DNA of 64,000 bases from Candidatus Eiseniibacteriota bacterium (GCA_963762255.1 CAVXKA010000002.1:1372572-1436571), one strand, 5' to 3'; counted from the first letter of the stretch, positions 19,901-32,405 are shown. Made by a program: numbers and translations. Notes: generated by a model not told the origin, from the letters alone.

Positions 19901-20607
19901 TCCTCGATGACTTCTCGGGCCCACAGTGTGATCGCAGCGTCGGCGGATCTATCTCGTTCTTCCACGTAGTCAATGCAGCGGCCAGCCACTCGCGCCAGCG
20001 CCTCAAGCACGAGCTGATCCTTCACCGAGAACGGCTCGCACGGCTCCAGCCGTTCCGCCTTCATCGCGCCGATGATCTTCCCGCGCAGATTCCTCAACGG
20101 AACAGCGAGAAACGTACCCACCTGGTTACCCGGTTCCGGTAGCTGGACTGGATCGTAGTCCCCTCTCTGATGGGGATGTTGCTTCAGCTCCGCGGGGGTC
20201 TTGGCAAGAAACGCCTTCCCGGTGGAGATGACCCAGCCCGTTAACCCGAGCCTGTCCTCCTTGAGCGAAGGAGAGTCGGGCACGCCATCCGGGGGGAGAA
20301 CGTGGCAAATGGCCTGATTGATGAAATGCTTCTGGTACCCGCTGGCTGCACGCATCGTGGCCGTCCCGTCCCCAGCCAATCCAGCGGTCTCGTCCACGAT
20401 GTAGATCGCGCAGGCATCCACTTGAAGGACAGCGCCAGGCCCGTCGACCTTGTCCGTGATCCGGGCGATCAGCGCATCCAGCTTCGCGCCGGCGGCCAGA
20501 TCCGCGATGAGGAGTGACTGAAGGTCGGTCGAGAGCCGCAGGAGGTCCTGGGTCGCATCGGTTACGGGGGGTGCGGACGTCAGAGTGACGGTGTCGGGTG
20601 AAGGCAT
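16964..20607 (-). CDS. Triple-GAF, helical linker and STAND-like ATPase (single frameshift near 17273)
   Basis: Three GAF repeats (GLTxW...HxHxxGxxD...GxxKxE); SPYITTKP...FYGRE, GGSHTGKTS, MLDEFE, TGGHPYLIQ; C-terminal winged helix lies in ORF 16964..17317. Confidence 0.8.
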
Positions 20608-20646
20608 GCGGCCTCCCATGCGAAGTGCAAGCCGGAGTGCTGCCGG

Positions 20647-21090
20647 CTACTTGGTTTTTCGGGGCGATCGCTCCATCTCGCGCAGCACGCAATCGGTGAG
20701 AACCTCGGTCTCGGCCACGTCATGCGCGGTCAATTGCTCGATGAACTGGCTGGTGTCGGACCGCAGTTTGGCCAGGGAACCGCTCATGAGAGCGTTGCAG
20801 TCCCGGATGAGACCGTTGAGGCCTTCCATCAGGATCCGGTGTTCCCGGAGAAGCCCGTCCACGCGCTCGGTGTGTTGCGGCGCGTGACTTTCGATAATGG
20901 CGTAGAGCCCCTCGTCCCCTTCTTCGCGATTGAAGTGATTCTCGAACTGGCGATGCAGATCCTCCAGCACGATCAACATCACGTTCGGATCGGTCATGGC
21001 CTGCAGGCGCTCCACCGTCGCTCGCATCTCGAGGTGTTCCTCGGTGATCTTGGATTCGAGACTGCGCACGTCGATGCCCGGGGTTCCCAT
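20647..21090 (-). CDS. Hemerythrin-like (HHE) domain protein
   Basis: EEH, HFNREE, REH, AHDVAE metal-ligand pattern in a four-helix protein. Confidence 0.7.
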   Translation of the reverse strand: MGTPGIDVRSLESKITEEHLEMRATVERLQAMTDPNVMLIVLEDLHRQFENHFNREEGDEGLYAIIESHAPQHTERVDGLLREHRILMEGLNGLIRDCNALMSGSLAKLRSDTSQFIEQLTAHDVAETEVLTDCVLREMERSPRKTK

Positions 21091-21255
21091 GACGAGGCTC
21101 CTTGTTCCGCACGATTCTCCGGTGCTGCCGGCGGCGGCTCGGCCGGTCGGCCGACCAAGGCTCCATGCTCGCAGATGCAGGGGCACCGATTCCATGCAAA
21201 ACAGGGCGGCGCGCGTCGCGGATCAATAAGCTACTGATTGCGTCGTCTATCCGCG

Positions 21256-23865
<2,610 letters not shown>

Positions 23866-23968
23866 ATTTCATCTCCATCCCGGGGTCAATACTCGATCAA
23901 CTCTGGCAGTATAGCGCTGGCGTGCCATACAATCCCGTCCACCCTCGGATTCCGAAACGGAGCACCCC

Positions 23969-24898
23969 GTGATCGAAGTCACCGACCTGCGCAAGGTGTT
24001 CGGCGAGCTGGCCGCGGTGGACGGCATCACGTTCACCGCCGAGCCCGGCGCCATCTTCGGGCTCCTCGGCCCCAACGGCGCCGGAAAGACCACCACCATC
24101 GGCTGCATCTGCGGCCTGCTCAAGCCGACGTCGGGCCGCGTGCGCGTCCTCGGTCACGACGTCGTGACCGACGGAGCGCGCGCCAAGAGCGGCCTCGGCG
24201 TGGTCCCGCAAGAGGTGGCGATCTACGAGGAGGTCTCGGCCACGGAGAACCTCCGCTACTGGGGCGGAGCCTACGGGCTCACCGGCGCCGACCTCAAGAC
24301 TCGGACCGCCGAAGTGCTGGAACTGGCCGGACTCCAGGATCGCGCCAAGGAGCCGGTCAAGCGTTTCAGCGGCGGCATGAAGCGCCGGCTCAACTTCGCG
24401 TGCGGCATCGTGCACCGGCCCAAGGTGCTCCTTCTCGACGAGCCCACCGTGGGCGTCGATCCCCAGAGCCGCGTGCGCCTGTTGGAACTGGTTCGCGAGG
24501 AAGCGGTGCGCGGCACCTGCGTCGTCTACACCACGCACTACATGCAGGAGGCGGAAGAACTCTGCGACCGACTGGCCATCGTCGATCACGGCAAACTCAT
24601 CGCGTACGGTAGCCTCGCCGAGTTGCGCGCGATGACCGGCCAGCGCGACATCCTTCGCTTGACCGGCCAGTTCGTGCCGGATCGCGCCGCCGAGGCGCTG
24701 GCGCGGCTCCCCGACACCGAGATCGTGCAGAGCGACGGGACTTCCCTACTCGTCTCGCTCGCAGGAGCCTCGCGCCGACTCCCCGAACTCTTCGGCGCCT
24801 TGCAGGCGGCGGGCTCGGACATCCGCGAGACCACGATCACGCAGCCCAGCCTCGAGAGCCTCTTCATCAAGCTCACCGGCAAGGAGCTGCGCGAGTGA
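23969..24898 (+). CDS. ABC-2 exporter ATP-binding subunit
   Basis: GPNGAGKTT, FSGGMKRR, LLDEPTVGVD. Confidence 0.93.
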   Translation: MIEVTDLRKVFGELAAVDGITFTAEPGAIFGLLGPNGAGKTTTIGCICGLLKPTSGRVRVLGHDVVTDGARAKSGLGVVPQEVAIYEEVSATENLRYWGGAYGLTGADLKTRTAEVLELAGLQDRAKEPVKRFSGGMKRRLNFACGIVHRPKVLLLDEPTVGVDPQSRVRLLELVREEAVRGTCVVYTTHYMQEAEELCDRLAIVDHGKLIAYGSLAELRAMTGQRDILRLTGQFVPDRAAEALARLPDTEIVQSDGTSLLVSLAGASRRLPELFGALQAAGSDIRETTITQPSLESLFIKLTGKELRE

Positions 24899-24908
24899 CG
24901 GGGGCGCG

Positions 24909-26150
24909 TTGAGGACGGGATTCCTCGGCATCGCGTTCGCGAAGGACCTCCGCCGGATCCTGCGGGATCCGGTGGCGATTCTCCTTTCCGTGGGCCTACC
25001 CCTCATGGTCGGACTGCTGCTCAAGATCGCGTTCGGCGGAGGCGAGACAAAGCCCACCGCGCAGCTTCTCGTCGCCGATCACGACAGCAGCTTCGTGAGC
25101 AATCTCCTCGTCGCGAGCTTCGATCGGGGCCCGCTGGCGGATCTCGTCGACACCGAGTCGGTCACGGAGGAGAAGGGCCGGGCGATGATGGAGGACGGCA
25201 AGGCATCGGGGCTCCTCATCATCCCCGACAAGTTCGGGGACGACGTTTTCGACCGCAAGCTCACCACGCTGACCCTCATCACCAACCCCGCGCAGCGCAT
25301 CCTTCCCGGCATCCTGAAAGGGGCGTTGGAGTTCATGACCGACGCCCTCGCGGGAGTCCAGAGCATCCTCGGGGATTCGTTCCAGCCGCTCAACGCACCG
25401 GCGCCGGCGGGACGCATCACGCAACCGGACAGTCTTGTGGCGTCCTTCAGCGTACGGGTGAACAACTTGGTGGAGCGCGGCGGGCGCTACGTCTTCCCGC
25501 CCGTCATCAAGGTGAAGACCGTGGTGCTGGAAGAGGAGAAGGAGGATGCCCGCGGCTTCTCGGATCTCTTCTTCCCGAGCATGCTCTTCATGGCGATCCT
25601 CTTTGCCGCGCAGAACATGAGCGACGACGTGTGGAAGGAGAAGACGCTGGGGACCCTGCGCCGCAACGTCTCGACGCCGCAACGTCTGGCCGTGGTCCTC
25701 GCCGCCAAGCTCCTGGCCATCACCGCCTTCATCGGGGTGGTCTCGCTGGTGGGGCTCATCGGCGGGCGCCTTCTCTTCTCGATCCAGATCGACAACCTCC
25801 CGCTCGCGGTGGCCTGGGCCACCATCTCCGGCGCGTTCATGCTCCTCATCTTCACGATGCTGCAACTGGTCGCCGCGAGTCAGCGCGGGGCGAACCTCCT
25901 CGGAAACCTCGTTCTCTTCCCGCTCATCATGCTGGGGGGCTCTTTCTTTCCGTTCGAGGCCATGCCGGAATGGATGGCGCGCATCGGCCGCATGACCCCC
26001 AACGGTTGGACGCTGGAGCAATTCCGCCGCATCCTATGGGGCACCGCCGACGCCACGACGCTCCTCGCAGGGCTCGGCGCCATGCTCGTGTTCGGTGCGA
26101 TCCTCTTCACCCTCAACGCGGCTCGTCTGCGCCGCTTCGCGAGGGGCTGA
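24909..26150 (+). CDS. ABC-2 permease
   Basis: N-terminal TM, extracytoplasmic loop, C-terminal TMs, LGGSFFP. Confidence 0.88.
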   Translation: MRTGFLGIAFAKDLRRILRDPVAILLSVGLPLMVGLLLKIAFGGGETKPTAQLLVADHDSSFVSNLLVASFDRGPLADLVDTESVTEEKGRAMMEDGKASGLLIIPDKFGDDVFDRKLTTLTLITNPAQRILPGILKGALEFMTDALAGVQSILGDSFQPLNAPAPAGRITQPDSLVASFSVRVNNLVERGGRYVFPPVIKVKTVVLEEEKEDARGFSDLFFPSMLFMAILFAAQNMSDDVWKEKTLGTLRRNVSTPQRLAVVLAAKLLAITAFIGVVSLVGLIGGRLLFSIQIDNLPLAVAWATISGAFMLLIFTMLQLVAASQRGANLLGNLVLFPLIMLGGSFFPFEAMPEWMARIGRMTPNGWTLEQFRRILWGTADATTLLAGLGAMLVFGAILFTLNAARLRRFARG

Positions 26151-26153
26151 GCG

Positions 26154-27296
26154 ATGCTGCGCTCCGCCTGGTTCATCGCCCGCAAGGACGTCCAGTACAT
26201 GCTCCGGGAGAAGGAGACGCTGCTCTGGACGTTCATCATGCCGATCATCTTCTTCTTCTTCATCGGGACCATCACCGGCGGGTTCGCGGGAGATGATCGA
26301 CCGGACCGTCCCGACCCGTTGGTACTGACCATCTCTCCCCGGGCCGGGTTCCTCGCCGACCACCTTGCGACTCGACTCGAAGGGGCCGGGTACCGGTTCG
26401 TATCACCGGACAGCGTGACCGCGGAGTCGAACGTGGCGCGGCTCGACATCCCCGCCGCGTTCACCGACTCCGTCCTGGCCGGACACCCGGTGACCCTCGC
26501 CGTCACTCGCAAGAGCAGCGGCCTCGGCGCCGACTACGACCAGGTGCGCGTGCAGCGCGCGGTGTTCGCAGTGCTGGGCGATCTGGTAGGGCTGGCGGCA
26601 CGCGACGAGAAGCCAACTCTGGCGGCGCTCACCGAGGCCGCGGCCGTTCCCCGCCGCGTCGAGCTCAAGGTCGAGCGCGCGGGGCATCGTCGCGAAATCC
26701 CCACCGGCTTCTCGCAGGCCGTGCCGGGCACCATGGTGATGTTCACGCTCTTCGTCCTCCTCACCTCGGGCTCGGTGCTGATCGTGATCGAGCGCAAGCA
26801 GGGGCTGCTTCGCCGGCTGGCCTCGTCCCCGGTGTCGCGCGGAAGCGTGGTGCTCGGAAAATGGGGCGGGCGCCTGGCGTTGGGTCTCATCCAGATCGCC
26901 TTCGCCATGATCGTGGGCTCGGTGCTCTTCCGCGTGGATTGGGGTCCGCACCTGGGAGCGCTGATGCTCGTGCTCCTCGCCTATGCGGGCCTGATCGCGG
27001 CGCTCGGCATGCTGCTCGGCAACTTCGCCCGCACGGAGGGGCAGGCGGTGGGAATCGGCGTCCTTGCCGGCAACGTCATCTCGGCGTTGGGCGGGTGCTG
27101 GTGGCCCATCGAGGTCACTCCGCTCTGGATGCAGAAGCTGTCGCTCTTCCTGCCCACCGGGATCGCCATGGACGCGCTGCACAAGCTCGTCAATTTCGGA
27201 GCGGGGCCGGAGACCGTGATCCCCCACATCGCGGTCATGGGCGCCGCCGCCGTCGCGGCCGGGTGGCTCGCGGCACGGGTGTTCCGCTTTCAGTAG
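26154..27296 (+). CDS. ABC-2 permease
   Basis: QAVPG, ERKQGLLRRL, LGGCWWP. Confidence 0.88.
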   Translation: MLRSAWFIARKDVQYMLREKETLLWTFIMPIIFFFFIGTITGGFAGDDRPDRPDPLVLTISPRAGFLADHLATRLEGAGYRFVSPDSVTAESNVARLDIPAAFTDSVLAGHPVTLAVTRKSSGLGADYDQVRVQRAVFAVLGDLVGLAARDEKPTLAALTEAAAVPRRVELKVERAGHRREIPTGFSQAVPGTMVMFTLFVLLTSGSVLIVIERKQGLLRRLASSPVSRGSVVLGKWGGRLALGLIQIAFAMIVGSVLFRVDWGPHLGALMLVLLAYAGLIAALGMLLGNFARTEGQAVGIGVLAGNVISALGGCWWPIEVTPLWMQKLSLFLPTGIAMDALHKLVNFGAGPETVIPHIAVMGAAAVAAGWLAARVFRFQ

Positions 27297-27326
27297 GCGG
27301 CCGCGGAATCGGGTAAACTCGACCCG

Positions 27327-29618
27327 ATGAACTCATTCCTCTTCCTGGCCACGCTGAACCTCGCCCTGGGGGGCCTGGTGTTTCTGCTCGGGCTCGTGAT
27401 CCTGCGCGAGAACCCCTGGCAGAAGCTGAACCGCATCGTCGCCTTCATGCTCTTCTTCGGCGGGCTGGGATCGGTGCTGGCGGGGCTCGGCTTCCTGGCC
27501 GTGCGGCCGTCGCTCCCCCAGGCGACCTCGGCGCAGGGGTCGCTCGGTCACTTCTCGTATCTCTGGGAGTTCTTCTTCCCCACGCTCCTCCTCTTCGCGA
27601 GCTACTTCCCGACCGAGCGCCCGTTCACCCGCAAGATCAGGGGCTTCGACATCCTGGTCTACATACCCCACGCCTTCCATTTCGTGCTGCTCCTGGGCAT
27701 CGCGATCGTGGGGGCGCGAGCGTCCCTGCCCGAGCTGAACGCGCCGTCGGTGCTGCGGCCGTTCGTGAGCCTGGGAGGCCTGCTCGCGGGGTTCTTCCTG
27801 GCCGTCCACACCGCGCTCTTCTCGCTGGTGAACCTGGGCTACGGCGTGGCGACGGCGATCCTGCTCGTGCAGAGTTCCCGTAGGGCGCGGGTGCCCCGGC
27901 TCAGGCGGCAGCTCCGCGTGATCGGCGTCGGGCTCATCCTCTGCCTCATCTTCTACACGGCGGCCACATCGATCCCCACGCTCCTGAACCAGTCCATACC
28001 CGAGTGGATGCGCGCGATTCTTATCATCGCGGCGCTGACCGCCGCATCCGGTTCCATCGCCTATTCGATGGTGCGGTACAAGTTTCTGGACACGAAGCTC
28101 CTCGCCCGTCGCGGCATCCTCTACGCGGTGGCTTCGGCGGTGATGGTCGGCCTCTATCTCGGGGTGGCCGACGAGCTGAACCGCCTCGTCGGCGGGTTCA
28201 TCGGCGTCGACCCGCGCGTCTTCCAGCCCGTGTTCCTTGTCATCGGGCTCATTCTCTTCCAGCCTGCGATCTCGAAGCTGGAGGATATGCTGGACCGGCT
28301 TCTCCTGCGCGATCCGAGCGACTACCGCAACATCCTCAAGCGTCTGGGACGCGAACTTCTCACCACCATCGATCTCGACGATATGCTCTCGCAGTCCATC
28401 CGCACCGTCGCCGAGGCCCTGATGCTGCGCAACGCCCATGTGGTCGCTCTCGCCCGCGAGGGTCCCCTGGTGGTGACGGGGTCGGGGAAGCAGCCGGAGG
28501 AAGAGGATCCGGGCACGCTCGCCGCTCTGCTGAACCGTCTGGACCCGGGGATCGAGAGCTTCCGGCTCTACGGTCCGGTCGAGGAGATGGAGCGCGCCGA
28601 CCGCTCCTATTTCGTCAACCACTTCCAGGCATCGCTCGTGATCCCGCTGCGCACGAAGGGCGAGACGGTGGGAGCGCTCCTCCTCGGAGACAAGGTCACC
28701 GGGACCGACTACACCTCGGAGGACGTGAACCTCCTCTCCGCGCTGGCGGCGCAGATGTCGATTTCCGTACAAAACGGCTTGCTGCTGCGCGATCGCGTGG
28801 CGGTCGTGCGCATGGAAGAGGAGCTGAACCTCGCACGGCGCATCCAGAAAAGCTTCCTTCCATCGCAGTTTCCGACCATGACGCATCTCGACGTGCACGC
28901 GCTCACCCATCCATCCCGCCAGGTGGGAGGAGATCTCTACGATCTCGTCGCCGTGGAGGACGGCGCGTACTTCCTCGCCATCGCCGACGTGTCGGGGAAA
29001 GGCGTGCCCGCCGCGCTCTTGAGTTCGATGATCCAGGCGTCGCTGCGCACGCAAGCCGACGGGAGACTGTCCGTCTCCTCGATCGTCGACAAGATCAACG
29101 GCCTCATCTACCGGAGCACGACCCCGGAACAGTTCGCGACGTTCTTTCTGGCCCGCGTCGAGGAGCGGACGCTGCGCATGTCGTTCTCCAACGCCGGGCA
29201 CAACTATCCGGTGCTCTGCCGCAAGGGGGGTGGCCACCTCTTCCTGGAGCGAGGCGGGATGCTGCTCGGGATCTTCGACGACGCTCGCTTCGAGGAGGAG
29301 TCCGTGCAACTCGCGCCCGGCGATCGTGTCGTGCTCTATACGGACGGCATTACCGAGGCAATGAATCGCGAGGAGGAGGAGTTCGGGGAAGAGCGGCTCT
29401 GCACGCTTGTCCGCGGCCTGCCGTCGAGCCTCTCGGCGCGCGAGGTCACGGAGAAGATCGTGACCGATCTCCACGCGTTCCTGGACGGCGAGGAGCCGCA
29501 GGACGATGTGACGGTGATGGTGCTGCGCGTCTTGGAGCCCGCGCTCGCGGCGCAGGTCCACGAGGGCGAGGCGGTGGCGGTCGGGGCCCTCGGCGGGGCC
29601 CCGACCGCGGCGGTCTAG
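27327..29618 (+). CDS. Multi-TM + GAF + SpoIIE/RsbU-like PP2C phosphatase
   Basis: About 9 TMs, GAF, ARRIQKSFLP, VGGDLYD, DVSGKG, NAGH, YTDGITEA, DDVT. Confidence 0.9.
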   Translation: MNSFLFLATLNLALGGLVFLLGLVILRENPWQKLNRIVAFMLFFGGLGSVLAGLGFLAVRPSLPQATSAQGSLGHFSYLWEFFFPTLLLFASYFPTERPFTRKIRGFDILVYIPHAFHFVLLLGIAIVGARASLPELNAPSVLRPFVSLGGLLAGFFLAVHTALFSLVNLGYGVATAILLVQSSRRARVPRLRRQLRVIGVGLILCLIFYTAATSIPTLLNQSIPEWMRAILIIAALTAASGSIAYSMVRYKFLDTKLLARRGILYAVASAVMVGLYLGVADELNRLVGGFIGVDPRVFQPVFLVIGLILFQPAISKLEDMLDRLLLRDPSDYRNILKRLGRELLTTIDLDDMLSQSIRTVAEALMLRNAHVVALAREGPLVVTGSGKQPEEEDPGTLAALLNRLDPGIESFRLYGPVEEMERADRSYFVNHFQASLVIPLRTKGETVGALLLGDKVTGTDYTSEDVNLLSALAAQMSISVQNGLLLRDRVAVVRMEEELNLARRIQKSFLPSQFPTMTHLDVHALTHPSRQVGGDLYDLVAVEDGAYFLAIADVSGKGVPAALLSSMIQASLRTQADGRLSVSSIVDKINGLIYRSTTPEQFATFFLARVEERTLRMSFSNAGHNYPVLCRKGGGHLFLERGGMLLGIFDDARFEEESVQLAPGDRVVLYTDGITEAMNREEEEFGEERLCTLVRGLPSSLSAREVTEKIVTDLHAFLDGEEPQDDVTVMVLRVLEPALAAQVHEGEAVAVGALGGAPTAAV

Positions 29619-29918
29619 CTAACCCTTCTCGAGCTCGCGGCGGTAGGCGTCCTTGGCCTCGGAGACCGCCTCGCGAACCGCCCCCGCCTGCTGGCGCGCG
29701 GTGTGAGTCACGTTCTGCGCTTTCTCTCGCGCAGCATCCTCCACCGCGGTCGCCGCATGCACGACTGCATCCTTGCCGCGGCGCGCGACCCTCTCGCCCC
29801 CTTCGCGCAGTCGGCGCCGGGTAACTTCGCCCTTCTCGGGGGCCAGGAGCAACGCGGTGATTCCGCCCACCGCCGCCCCGATCACGAATGCCATCAACGT
29901 GTCCGTATTTCGTGCCAT
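29619..29918 (-). CDS. YtxH-like protein
   Basis: FVIGAAVGGITALLLAPEKGEVTRRRL. Confidence 0.85.
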   Translation of the reverse strand: MARNTDTLMAFVIGAAVGGITALLLAPEKGEVTRRRLREGGERVARRGKDAVVHAATAVEDAAREKAQNVTHTARQQAGAVREAVSEAKDAYRRELEKG

Positions 29919-29925
29919 GTTTTCC

Positions 29926-30357
29926 TTACCTTTCTTCGACTGATTCGATCTCAAGAGCCGCTTCGTTACCGTCCGATCGATTGCGCCCCCGCCATGCCGA
30001 CAAGCCGGTTCGCAAAGCCACCGCCGCTGCGCGGACGTAGCGGACGGTGCTCGTCAGATCGGCGACCTCCGCCACGATCGGCTGCACCGCCAGACGAACG
30101 CCTGTCGACAGCTGTTCGGCGTCCCCGGCGATGTGGTTGATCTTGCGGCTGACGCCGCGCAGCTCGACGAGCTCCGATTCCAGGTTGTCCAGGATCCGGT
30201 CGATCTTTGGGCGGCTCGCCTCCAGGTACTGAGCGGTGCCGTCGAGACGGTCGACTAGCACCCTCAACCGGGCGAGCACACGGACCAGATAGATCGCGGT
30301 GACAACCGCAGCGATGGCCGTCGCGCCAAGTGCAACATAAACGAAGGTGGGGTTCAT
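29926..30357 (-). CDS. YtxG/DUF948-like membrane-anchored coiled-coil protein
   Basis: N-terminal TM then heptad helix; immediately upstream of ytxH-like. Confidence 0.6.
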   Translation of the reverse strand: MNPTFVYVALGATAIAAVVTAIYLVRVLARLRVLVDRLDGTAQYLEASRPKIDRILDNLESELVELRGVSRKINHIAGDAEQLSTGVRLAVQPIVAEVADLTSTVRYVRAAAVALRTGLSAWRGRNRSDGNEAALEIESVEER

Positions 30358-30668
30358 TGCATCCCTCCTCGGCCAGATCTGATTTGATCGGCCGCTACCC
30401 ATGATTTCGGGCGAATCGATGGAGTGACCTTAGCACGACGGCGTGGAGAAAACAAACAGGGGGGGAAGCGCCGACGCGGTACGCGGCTCTTTGCGTCGGG
30501 GGTGCCACGCGGAGCGCGAATGGTACCGTTCGGGTCGCGGTGCGGTGCAATGCTCAAGAAAAAACGGGGCACTCCTGCATTTTCCTGTTGACCTATTCAT
30601 TTGTGCAGTGGATACTCCGTTTGCCTGCCCACTTCCCCCGTCTCTCCCCGTCCGTGGAGGGACAGATC

Positions 30669-31775
30669 ATGTCGACCGTTCAGTTGAATTCGGTACTGTC
30701 CGCCCGCGAGGTGGACGCTCGTCTGCGCACAGCGCTGGACGAGCTGCAAGCCGCCCAGCGCAACGCCGTGCTCTGGTTCGCGGAGATCCTGAACCGGCAC
30801 CTCTACCGAGAGCTCGGCTACTCCTCGATTCACGCGTACGCTGCGGAGGCCTTGGGGTTCTCGCGGACGCGGACGGCCCAGTACTTGCGGCTGAGTCGTT
30901 CACTGGAGTCATTGCCGGCCTTGAAGCACGTGGTGGCGTCGGGAGAGATGCCCTGGACCAAGGCTCGTGTCGTGGCCCAAGTGGCAACGCCGGAAACCCA
31001 GGACTTCTGGATCGACCAGGCGCGATGCAAGGGCCGCCGCGACTTGGAACACCAGGCGACGCTTGCCCGTCGGCGGACGCGCGCCGGGATCCGGAGCGGC
31101 TCCGGTCAGCCCGATCTGCTCGGCCCCACGGCGGAACCTACCTCCCTGGAAGTCACTGTCGAGGTTCCCGTCGACCTGACCTTCCGGTTCAGCCCTGAGG
31201 AATACGCCCGATACGAGGCTCTGATGGAGAAGGCCCGGAAGAAGGGCGAACGGGGCTCTCGCGAGAGGGTACTGCTGGCGGCGCTGGAGCGGTTGGTGGT
31301 CGCGGGAAGCGAAGCGGCTGACGCCGTCTCTGGAGACGAGGCGACGGGCGCCGGCGGCGAAACGATGTGTACCCGGGTACACAGTTCAGAGCCCCGCTAT
31401 CAGGTCGTCGTCACCCAGTGCCCCGATTGCGGGCGGGCGGAGGCGCAGACCAGCCGCGGGGCCAAGCCCTTGGGGCTGCCCGCGCTCCAGGCCGTGCTCT
31501 GCGACGCACGCGTGCACCACAAGGGTGAGAAGAACCGGGCGACGATACCTCCGGCGCGCCGCCGGAAGGTGCTGGCCCGCGACGGCTACCGGTGCCGCGC
31601 ATCCGGGTGCGAGAGCCCCCACTTTCTCGACGTGCATCACATGATGCCGCGCGAGCGGGGTGGGACGAACGACCCCGACAATCTCATTACTCTCTGCGCC
31701 GCTTGCCACCGGTTGATTCACGAGCGCGGTCTGCCGCTGCGCGCGACCGAGGGGAACCTCGCAAGTCGAGGCTGA
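30669..31775 (+). CDS. HNH endonuclease with helical N-terminal region
   Basis: RDGYRCRASGC...LDVHH...GGTNDPDNLITLCAACH; GGAGG RBS; TTGACC-17-GATACT upstream (30588-30616). Confidence 0.85.
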   Translation: MSTVQLNSVLSAREVDARLRTALDELQAAQRNAVLWFAEILNRHLYRELGYSSIHAYAAEALGFSRTRTAQYLRLSRSLESLPALKHVVASGEMPWTKARVVAQVATPETQDFWIDQARCKGRRDLEHQATLARRRTRAGIRSGSGQPDLLGPTAEPTSLEVTVEVPVDLTFRFSPEEYARYEALMEKARKKGERGSRERVLLAALERLVVAGSEAADAVSGDEATGAGGETMCTRVHSSEPRYQVVVTQCPDCGRAEAQTSRGAKPLGLPALQAVLCDARVHHKGEKNRATIPPARRRKVLARDGYRCRASGCESPHFLDVHHMMPRERGGTNDPDNLITLCAACHRLIHERGLPLRATEGNLASRG

Positions 31776-31862
31776 GGCAGAGCGACTGCCGGGCGACATC
31801 AGGAGGGCGCGGCCTGGAAGACAGTCACTGGACGACGCTGACGTGGGGCACGGAGGTCGCTC

Positions 31863-32405
31863 CTACTCGGAATCCCCCGTCGTCTTGAGCACCTTCCATT
31901 GAATGGTGCTGTCCGGGGCGACGTGGTACTCGAGCAGGCAACTTCCAGCGATGTGACCGTCTTCGAATCGCGCGAACACCCATCGCGAGTTCAAGAGGGC
32001 GATCTCGGGCGCGTTGAACCCCATGGTGCCCCCCATGACCCCCTGGATCTGGATCTGCTCCGGATGTGCCACCAAGTCATTCCTAAGCTGATTCACTGGA
32101 TCGGCCAACCCCGCCTTCTTCAGTCGCTTGAGATCCACATCCCGAAGGAGCATCCATTGATTGGCCTGGGCACGCCGCGCCTCCTCGTACCAGAAGTTGC
32201 GATCGTCGTCGGGTTCGGATGGCGGGAGTTCGGCCTTCACTTTCGCGTACTCGACCTCAAGGCTGTCGACCGCGACCCGCAGGCTGTCCGCGAGTCGGCG
32301 GTAGGTATCTCGGGCCTCCTGCGCACTCTGCCATCGGAGGAAGACGACAACGAGGCCAATTAGCAGAACCGCCGCCCCTGCCAAGACCGCTCCCTTACTC
32401 ATCAT
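31863..32405 (-). CDS. Hypothetical membrane-anchored protein
   Basis: N-terminal TM, coiled coil, GVMGGTMGF...FEDGHIAG; overlaps the ddl 3' region as an operon member. Confidence 0.65.
   Translation of the reverse strand: MMSKGAVLAGAAVLLIGLVVVFLRWQSAQEARDTYRRLADSLRVAVDSLEVEYAKVKAELPPSEPDDDRNFWYEEARRAQANQWMLLRDVDLKRLKKAGLADPVNQLRNDLVAHPEQIQIQGVMGGTMGFNAPEIALLNSRWVFARFEDGHIAGSCLLEYHVAPDSTIQWKVLKTTGDSE

Noticed and set aside
23903-23928. CIRCE or sigma54 site upstream of clpB (CTGGCAGTA-N8-GCGTGCCAT)
   Set aside because: Spacer is 8 rather than 9, arms are degenerate, and GG-GC spacing is not 10
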